Shown here piece after piece: positions 58,390 to 64,000 of a stretch of DNA of 64,000 nt. Source of the DNA: a virus; IMG/VR virus record IMGVR_UViG_3300049846_001717, positions 1-64,000 of that record; one strand, written 5' to 3'. Position numbers and translations under genes: made by a program. The notes beneath the pieces are model-generated. The model saw nothing but the letters and a program-made list of their open reading frames with translations. It searched no databases and had not been told where the DNA came from. Each line of letters starts with the position of its first letter. Within the stretch, counting starts at the first letter, position 1.

Positions 58390-58821
58390 TCATCCAAAAT
58401 ATTCAGTGTCGAAAAAGACGAATCGATTGTTGTGAAATCCTACATTTCCTGGCCCAATGTCGAACAGAGACAACTTATCCGACAACCGGTGAATCGCAGA
58501 CGCATGACGAAGATATTGACTATCCGTCAACACCGTCACACGTTGTTGTACCAATACGCCGTCAATCAACGTCGTATAGGGCACATGATCTCGATATTTG
58601 GACCGTCGGACGGATTGAATGAAGTACAGTTCATCCTCTAATGGTTGATGTGCACCATCCCATCGGGTCTTCAATACCCAGTGGTCATTCATTACACAAT
58701 ACCGACTGACCCCAGCTGCAAATTCGGTGAATCCTAATCGTTGTAATGTTGGATCGGCCACCGGATCCGACGACTGTCGAACATGGGGCGCAGCCGAACG
58801 AACGTGAACAGGTAAGTACAT
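58390..58821 (-). CDS. minimal protein-kinase-like fold protein
   Basis: GVSR..VLK..E..DIGPGNVG..FFD. Confidence 0.5.
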   Translation of the reverse strand: MYLPVHVRSAAPHVRQSSDPVADPTLQRLGFTEFAAGVSRYCVMNDHWVLKTRWDGAHQPLEDELYFIQSVRRSKYRDHVPYTTLIDGVLVQQRVTVLTDSQYLRHASAIHRLSDKLSLFDIGPGNVGFHNNRFVFFDTEYFG

Positions 58822-58880
58822 GAAGGAAAGATAGTGGAAGGAACGAACGAAATCAAGAGCAGTTTAACTGTGTCAAATGC

Positions 58881-59135
58881 TTAGATCACACATTTGAACT
58901 GATCGGCTATAATATTTTTCCGTACTGGAAAGGACGCACGATGTATAAGTCGATTACCATCCCGGCTCTGCACAGAATCCTCCACAATATAGTTTGGAAT
59001 CTTATTGGTGAACACGTTCGCCACATAGTTGATCGTGCCGCTACCCAGGTAAAACTCCACGTAACACCGGCCATCCGTCACATACAGATCGTACGGTAAC
59101 ACACCGGCGCTACAAGCAATGATGTATTCAGTCAT
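58881..59135 (-). CDS. tandem paralogue family member 1
   Basis: Y-I-C..VANV..IP..FPVR..F. Confidence 0.7.
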   Translation of the reverse strand: MTEYIIACSAGVLPYDLYVTDGRCYVEFYLGSGTINYVANVFTNKIPNYIVEDSVQSRDGNRLIHRASFPVRKNIIADQFKCVI

Positions 59136-59386
59136 GGTAATATGATTTCAAAGTCTGCCGCCGTGATACCAGGTCTGACCGGAAAACTCACGACATATCG
59201 TCGTAGACCGGCGATCGGGCTAACCTCATATAGTTGCATCTCAAGATCCGGGATTTCACCAAAGTCCACGTTCGCAACGGACCAGATGGTACCCGTATCG
59301 ATTTCAAATTCCAAATAGCACCGATTGTTGTAAACTTCTATATCCGATGGCGGATTGTCGGTACATGCAATGGGATAGGGTTTCAT
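59132..59386 (-). CDS. tandem paralogue family member 2
   Basis: YPIAC..SVANV..IP..FPVRPGITAADF. Confidence 0.72.
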   Translation of the reverse strand: MKPYPIACTDNPPSDIEVYNNRCYLEFEIDTGTIWSVANVDFGEIPDLEMQLYEVSPIAGLRRYVVSFPVRPGITAADFEIILP

Positions 59387-59628
59387 TGGAGCACAATGTA
59401 AAAGTCCGCCGACGTCACTTCGGGACGAAGACTAATCGTCACAATGACGTCACTTGGTGAACGCGTGATCGTTTTGACTTGGTCCGGGATATCAACCCAA
59501 TCAATCCCCGCGATCGAATATAAACACGGATTCCCCGTCAGCGGTTTGGTCCATCGCAGATATAACGTGTGAGTACCCACGGACATATAGTCAGGACGAA
59601 TGCCGCATACAATTTTGTATTTGCTCAT
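59383..59628 (-). CDS. tandem paralogue family member 3
   Basis: YKIVC..SIAGI..DIP..LRPEVTSADF. Confidence 0.72.
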   Translation of the reverse strand: MSKYKIVCGIRPDYMSVGTHTLYLRWTKPLTGNPCLYSIAGIDWVDIPDQVKTITRSPSDVIVTISLRPEVTSADFYIVLQ

Positions 59629-59885
59629 ATGATATGATATGTAAAATCATCCAATGTAATACCGGGACGAAGTCGTAAGATTGCGGTCATGTCGATGCCA
59701 CGCGACTTGGATACATACGTCATTCCAAACGAGTTGGAGGGAATATCACGCCAATGAACACCCGCGATCGACGCCAATGGATCCACGCCAGGGGCTAGAT
59801 GCAGCCATTCAATAATCAGTAGATTCTCTTCGGTTCTGATACTGATCGGATACCGGGTCATGAGAATTTCGTAACGACCGTTCAT
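59625..59885 (-). CDS. tandem paralogue family member 4
   Basis: YEI..SIAGV..DIP..LRPGITLDDF. Confidence 0.72.
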   Translation of the reverse strand: MNGRYEILMTRYPISIRTEENLLIIEWLHLAPGVDPLASIAGVHWRDIPSNSFGMTYVSKSRGIDMTAILRLRPGITLDDFTYHII

Positions 59886-60142
59886 TAGTATAACCGAAAT
59901 TGAAAATCGGATAGTGTCACGCCAGTACGAAGATGCAGCATCATCTGCAAATGTCCCGTGTCATCGTACTGTTGTTGTCGTATCAATCGGGACTCCGGAA
60001 TTCGATGTATCGGCACTTCGGCAATCGACAGTAATGGTTCTATCTTTGATGATATGTTGAACCATGACAAGATCAAGTATCCATTTGTCACCTGACAATG
60101 ATCCGGCATGTGTTTGACGACAATCGTGTATTTGCCGATCAT
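59885..60142 (-). CDS. tandem paralogue family member 5
   Basis: MIGKYTI..SIAEV..IP..LRTGVTLSDF. Confidence 0.72.
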   Translation of the reverse strand: MIGKYTIVVKHMPDHCQVTNGYLILSWFNISSKIEPLLSIAEVPIHRIPESRLIRQQQYDDTGHLQMMLHLRTGVTLSDFQFRLY

Positions 60143-60402
60143 ACGACCACCATTGTGAAATCGTACTGGGTCACAGTTTCTCGAAGGTATACGAACATTG
60201 TAATTTGTACACTCCCGTCGGCAAATGCCACACGACGGACGAATCGACAATGTCGAGGAATATGCGTGAACGGCACTCCAGCGATCGTCACGGCCGGAAA
60301 TGTACGATCCGGTAATCGTTCCCAATTCAAAATTAATTGATGTTGCCACACCGCCCATCGATCGATGGCGTGTGACGTGCGAATTTCATACGGACCATTC
60401 AT
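60139..60402 (-). CDS. tandem paralogue family member 6
   Basis: MNGPYEI..TIAGV..IP..LRETVTQYDF. Confidence 0.72.
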   Translation of the reverse strand: MNGPYEIRTSHAIDRWAVWQHQLILNWERLPDRTFPAVTIAGVPFTHIPRHCRFVRRVAFADGSVQITMFVYLRETVTQYDFTMVVV

Positions 60403-60659
60403 ACAATTTTCACGATGAAATCGTCGTTGGTCAATCCCACACGGAGGTTCAGAATCATGACAGAATTCACCAGACCGTCCGAACGGAGGGCCGTGTGTGT
60501 TCGATACACGGAGAACGGAATGTCCATGACAGACACACCGGCAATGGAAAGCACCGGTACGGTAGGATCGGATAATGCGAACCACATCAACTTCAATTGC
60601 TGCTGATCTACCCAACCTTGTGTCGGCGATATCGTACATCGAATCTCATAAGGCTTCAT
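60399..60659 (-). CDS. tandem paralogue family member 7
   Basis: MKPYEIRC..SIAGV..DIP..LRVGLTNDDF. Confidence 0.72.
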   Translation of the reverse strand: MKPYEIRCTISPTQGWVDQQQLKLMWFALSDPTVPVLSIAGVSVMDIPFSVYRTHTALRSDGLVNSVMILNLRVGLTNDDFIVKIV

Positions 60660-60938
60660 ACCAGCTCCATAATGAAATCCGCCGTCCGGATTCCCGGTCG
60701 CACCGGAAAGGCAACCAGCCATCGATAGTGATAGGGGGAGCCGTTCGAGCAGACGACCCCGTCGCGGAACGGCGATTCGATCCACACCACATCCGGAATA
60801 TCCGTAATTGGAATACCACACACTGTGCGCCGGACACGGGCCAGACCGTGTGGACCACCATGTGAGATACATCACGCCGCTGATAATACTGGTGGCATGG
60901 GGTGACCGGGTACACCGGACCGGATATCGTGCGGTCAT
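60656..60938 (-). pseudogene. tandem paralogue family member 8, frameshifted near 60827
   Basis: MTARYPVRC..PCPA / TVCGIPITDIP..FPVRPGIRTADFIMELV in another frame (2-nt deletion relative to member 10). Confidence 0.65.
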
Positions 60939-61198
60939 ACCACCACCAATTCGAAATCCTTCGACAGAACTCCCGATCGCACCGGAAAGCCGAGAGTCCA
61001 TCGATATCGATTGGGTACGCCAAGGATCAGAGTCTCATCACACTGTACACCCGGGATATCTTCGATCGGGATCCCACAGACCGAGATCGCCGGACACCTT
61101 ACTTGGCCCGTGAAATACCAAATGAAATAGACATTGTCGTTGAGCTTATATCGGGAGTCCGGCAGTCGGATACACCGGACCGGATATCGTGCGGTCAT
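60935..61198 (-). CDS. tandem paralogue family member 9
   Basis: MTARYPVRC..SVCGIPIEDIP..FPVRSGVLSKDF. Confidence 0.72.
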   Translation of the reverse strand: MTARYPVRCIRLPDSRYKLNDNVYFIWYFTGQVRCPAISVCGIPIEDIPGVQCDETLILGVPNRYRWTLGFPVRSGVLSKDFELVVV

Positions 61199-61452
61199 AC
61201 AATCCTCACTTCGAAATCCTCTGGCATCACGCCGGCCCGGACTGGAAAACCCACCGTCCACCGATGTGAGTCCGTGATCACGCTGGATTGCGGATCTTCA
61301 TGGCACCACACCCGTGGAATATTTGCAATCGGAACATCACAAACCGTGAGTGCCGGACACGGGCTGCGAAATTTAGTCCACCACACGAAATAGATACAGT
61401 CTTCGAGCTTATATCGAGTATAGGGGACTTGGGTACAATGGAGAGGGTACAT
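61195..61452 (-). CDS. tandem paralogue family member 10
   Basis: YPLHC..TVCDVPIANIP..FPVRAGVMPEDF. Confidence 0.72.
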   Translation of the reverse strand: MYPLHCTQVPYTRYKLEDCIYFVWWTKFRSPCPALTVCDVPIANIPRVWCHEDPQSSVITDSHRWTVGFPVRAGVMPEDFEVRIV

Positions 61453-61555
61453 ATTTACCTAAATGTGTATAACAGTTCTGGCTGATTTTACCTATCGCCT
61501 ACAGGAAAACGGACTAGGTCGGGGTATTCGCAATGCGATCCTGTTTGGGCCCTAT

Positions 61556-61840
61556 TTATTCAACACCGAAATCCTGGATGGTCAAGCCCTCACGGATCGG
61601 AAATCTGATTTTGATGCCGATCCGATCCTGAACGGCCCGATCCTGAACGGCGAACTCCGGCAGGCCGTCAATGTAGTATGTGATCTCACATCGGGGGATC
61701 TGATCCACAATCCGGCCACAGACCGTCACGATCCATGCGTCGTTTGGCTTCATACCCAACACGATCTCGGCCCATCCCTCACAAAATGTGCATCGCCACA
61801 GGCTCGTGCCGATGATGCGTACTGGATATTTGACTACCAT
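61556..61840 (-). CDS. tandem paralogue family member 11
   Basis: KYPV..TVCG..IP..FPIREGLTIQDF. Confidence 0.72.
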   Translation of the reverse strand: MVVKYPVRIIGTSLWRCTFCEGWAEIVLGMKPNDAWIVTVCGRIVDQIPRCEITYYIDGLPEFAVQDRAVQDRIGIKIRFPIREGLTIQDFGVE

Positions 61841-62073
61841 GAGAAATCCTTAAATTGAACGCCGGGCCTCACATTGAAGAAGAAAATATAGCCGGAGTGA
61901 TCGGTCGAGGGCCGCCAGGTGCCGCGTGGGATCAGGTTGGCATCGACATCACAGACGGTCAGGATGATCTCATGTGGATCGCCGATATGTTCGATCAGGA
62001 TGGCGGCGACGCCGTTAAAGACGTCCATTTCAAGGATCCGCTTATTGCAGACGACCGGATATTTGGCTACCAT
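61834..62073 (-). CDS. tandem paralogue family member 12
   Basis: KYPVVC..TVCDV..IP..VRPGVQFKDF. Confidence 0.72.
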   Translation of the reverse strand: MVAKYPVVCNKRILEMDVFNGVAAILIEHIGDPHEIILTVCDVDANLIPRGTWRPSTDHSGYIFFFNVRPGVQFKDFSW

Positions 62074-62321
62074 GTGAAATCATCCGCGCCGACGCCGGAT
62101 CGGACCGGAAATGCGATGGTGACCGTATTGGTGCCGTAGATATTCCAATTCGGGATATCAACGAATGACACGCCACACACGGTCAATTCGATCTTATTCA
62201 TGAGCCGTGCGGCCAAATGCACCATGATGTGCGTGCGTTCGACGCCGCGACTGAATGAGGTCTTGACCGTTTGTGAGACGCCCAGAATGGGGTGATTGGC
62301 AACGATCGTGTACTGTTTCAT
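62067..62321 (-). CDS. tandem paralogue family member 13
   Basis: YTIVA..TVCGV..DIP..FPVRSGVGADDF. Confidence 0.72.
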   Translation of the reverse strand: MKQYTIVANHPILGVSQTVKTSFSRGVERTHIMVHLAARLMNKIELTVCGVSFVDIPNWNIYGTNTVTIAFPVRSGVGADDFTW

Positions 62322-62668
62322 TACATGTCCAGTGCTTCCCGATCCGGGTAGCGGGCCTCGCTCGAGATATGGGAGAACATCGGCAGGTCGATGGCCTCGG
62401 CCAACTGGCCTCGCAGGGCGATCAGGTCCGCCAGATGTTTGTCGAACTTGACCAGATGCGCTCGTGCCTTCGCCGAATCACTGGCGGATGCGGACAGGTT
62501 GGCATCAAAGGTATTTTCGTCGCCGCGCCGAGCTGACTCGGATGCCATCTGATCCGTTTCGATAGACCAGGTCAGGCAGGCATCCAGCTTCCCTGCGGCT
62601 TCGTGGAGATAAGAGGCCTTCGAGGTCATGGCCGAGATCAGTTTCAGGTCCGGATAGGATCGGGGCAT
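62321..62668 (-). CDS. hypothetical protein (not a family member)
   Basis: Helical ORF. Confidence 0.55.
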   Translation of the reverse strand: MPRSYPDLKLISAMTSKASYLHEAAGKLDACLTWSIETDQMASESARRGDENTFDANLSASASDSAKARAHLVKFDKHLADLIALRGQLAEAIDLPMFSHISSEARYPDREALDM

Positions 62669-62916
62669 TAGTACACTTCCTCGTATTCGACGTTGGTGAA
62701 GCCCAGATCCGTGAAGACCTGCTTCAACAGTTCGTGTGACTCTTCCTGATCGATGGAATATCGCTTGTTGTTGACCATGATGGCAACGCGGCCGGCCTCA
62801 TCCTCGATCCGGATGGGGGTTGTCATTCGTGCCCGCAACGCGATCAATTCGGCTCGATCATCGTTCTGGGCTTTGATGTTGGCGGCGTTGATCGCCGTAC
62901 GCTTGGGATTGGACAT
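62668..62916 (-). CDS. hypothetical protein (not a family member)
   Basis: ORF track. Confidence 0.55.
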   Translation of the reverse strand: MSNPKRTAINAANIKAQNDDRAELIALRARMTTPIRIEDEAGRVAIMVNNKRYSIDQEESHELLKQVFTDLGFTNVEYEEVY

Positions 62917-62918
62917 GG

Positions 62919-63173
62919 TTACACGATCTCCACTTCGAAGTCATCCTCAGTGAGGGATGGACGGACGGCAACGCTATGTTGGGGGCCTTCCATATAACGG
63001 CCGAGTGCGTCCGGGTTGATCACACTCGACATCACGGGAATGTCATCATACGCCACCCCGGCAATGGAAATGATCCGATGTCGGCGTTCGGCGATCGAAA
63101 TCCAGAACCGTCGCATTGATGCCGAGCGCTCGAACAACACTCGGCCCGTTGCTACGATCTTGTACTTAGGCAT
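62919..63173 (-). CDS. tandem paralogue family member 14
   Basis: MPKYKIVATG..SIAGV..DIP..VRPSLTEDDFEVEIV. Confidence 0.75.
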   Translation of the reverse strand: MPKYKIVATGRVLFERSASMRRFWISIAERRHRIISIAGVAYDDIPVMSSVINPDALGRYMEGPQHSVAVRPSLTEDDFEVEIV

Positions 63174-63435
63174 TGACGATCTCCACTTCGAAGTCCTCGA
63201 GCGTGAGGGATGACCGGATGGCCAACGCCGGCTCGCCGTTGAAGGTAACGGTCCTGCCGAACATGCCACGCCTTCGGAAGGAGAAATCCCCTACTTTGGG
63301 AATGTCCTCCCACAGAACACCAGCCACCGAAATGATTTTGTCGTGGTGAACGGCCGGCGCGACCCATACCCGTTCACTTCTGACGGATGGTTCGATCTTG
63401 ATAGGGCCAGTGGCGACGATCTTGTATCTAGGCAT
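63166..63435 (-). CDS. tandem paralogue family member 15
   Basis: YKIVATG..SVAGVLWEDIP..IRSSLTLEDFEVEIV. Confidence 0.75.
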   Translation of the reverse strand: MPRYKIVATGPIKIEPSVRSERVWVAPAVHHDKIISVAGVLWEDIPKVGDFSFRRRGMFGRTVTFNGEPALAIRSSLTLEDFEVEIVNA

Positions 63436-63700
63436 TCACGATCTCCACTTCAAAGTCATCGGCCGTGAGCGACCAGCGAACGGCGACGTATTGCCACGGA
63501 CGGCCCACCCGATCTTCATCACGCCGACCCAACCACGGCGGCGACTCCAATGACAGAAGTTCGGGAATATCTTCCCACATCACGCCCGCCACCGAAATGA
63601 TCCGGTAATCTACCCTGTCCGGGTAGATCCACAGTCGGTTCACATTGTCGGAATATGCAAAGGACACCGGGCCAGTGGCCACGATCTTGTACTTAGCCAT
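63428..63700 (-). CDS. tandem paralogue family member 16
   Basis: YKIVATG..SVAGVMWEDIP..VRWSLTADDFEVEIV. Confidence 0.75.
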   Translation of the reverse strand: MAKYKIVATGPVSFAYSDNVNRLWIYPDRVDYRIISVAGVMWEDIPELLSLESPPWLGRRDEDRVGRPWQYVAVRWSLTADDFEVEIVNA

Positions 63701-63959
63701 TGACGATCTCGATCTCGAAGTTCTGCTGCGACAACATGGGTCGGACTGCCACGCCCTGCCGGTCTACGTAGCCTGTGACATCGCGGCCATAGACCCTTTC
63801 ATGGCCGTTCAACGTGGGGATCTTATCCCACGGCACTCCAGCGATCGACAGAATACGAACGTCGGCCGATTCCGCCTCGATCCACGTGCGTTCTGATGTG
63901 CTCGTGAATCGGAGCTCACCGGTGGCGACGATCTTGTACTTACGCGTCCGGATCGTCAT
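63693..63959 (-). CDS. tandem paralogue family member 17
   Basis: YKIVATG..SIAGVPWDKIP..VRPMLSQQNFEIEIV. Confidence 0.75.
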   Translation of the reverse strand: MTIRTRKYKIVATGELRFTSTSERTWIEAESADVRILSIAGVPWDKIPTLNGHERVYGRDVTGYVDRQGVAVRPMLSQQNFEIEIVNG

Positions 63960-64000
63960 CGTCCATCCCCTCGAAGTCCTGCTCATCGAACGGGACGAAC

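Noticed and set aside
58881-63959. Diversity-generating retroelement
   Set aside because: No reverse transcriptase or adenine-specific TR/VR pair seen; variation is between paralogues

Overview
This window looks like part of a jumbo (T4-like/huge) myophage genome; essentially all real genes are on the - strand. 1-3.4 kb: primase, resolvase-like nuclease, a second Toprim protein and a CCA-adding enzyme. 3.4-21 kb: baseplate/tail structural genes, a gp55-like late sigma factor, a lysozyme-like protein and a GT2. 24.8-45.6 kb: a very large RNA region with about 55 tRNA genes covering all 20 amino acids (including an amber suppressor), tmRNA, an RNase P RNA, a GOLLD-like RNA with an embedded tRNA, and many non-canonical tRNA-like RNAs (D-arm-rearranged, permuted, minihelices). 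Pth2, a SpoT-like HD hydrolase, a MazG-like protein, GroES and a minimal release factor needing an RF2-type +1 frameshift are interspersed. Downstream of 45.6 kb: GroEL, an ABC-transporter/OmpA operon and a tandem array of 17 small paralogues. Best candidate for a new system: a 40-codon 'codon-sampler' leader peptide with terminator/antiterminator near the 5' end of the tRNA array, which together with the UGA-gated release factor suggests a translation-backup system switched on when host translation fails. All calls were made by eye without database searches; family names come from motif recognition.
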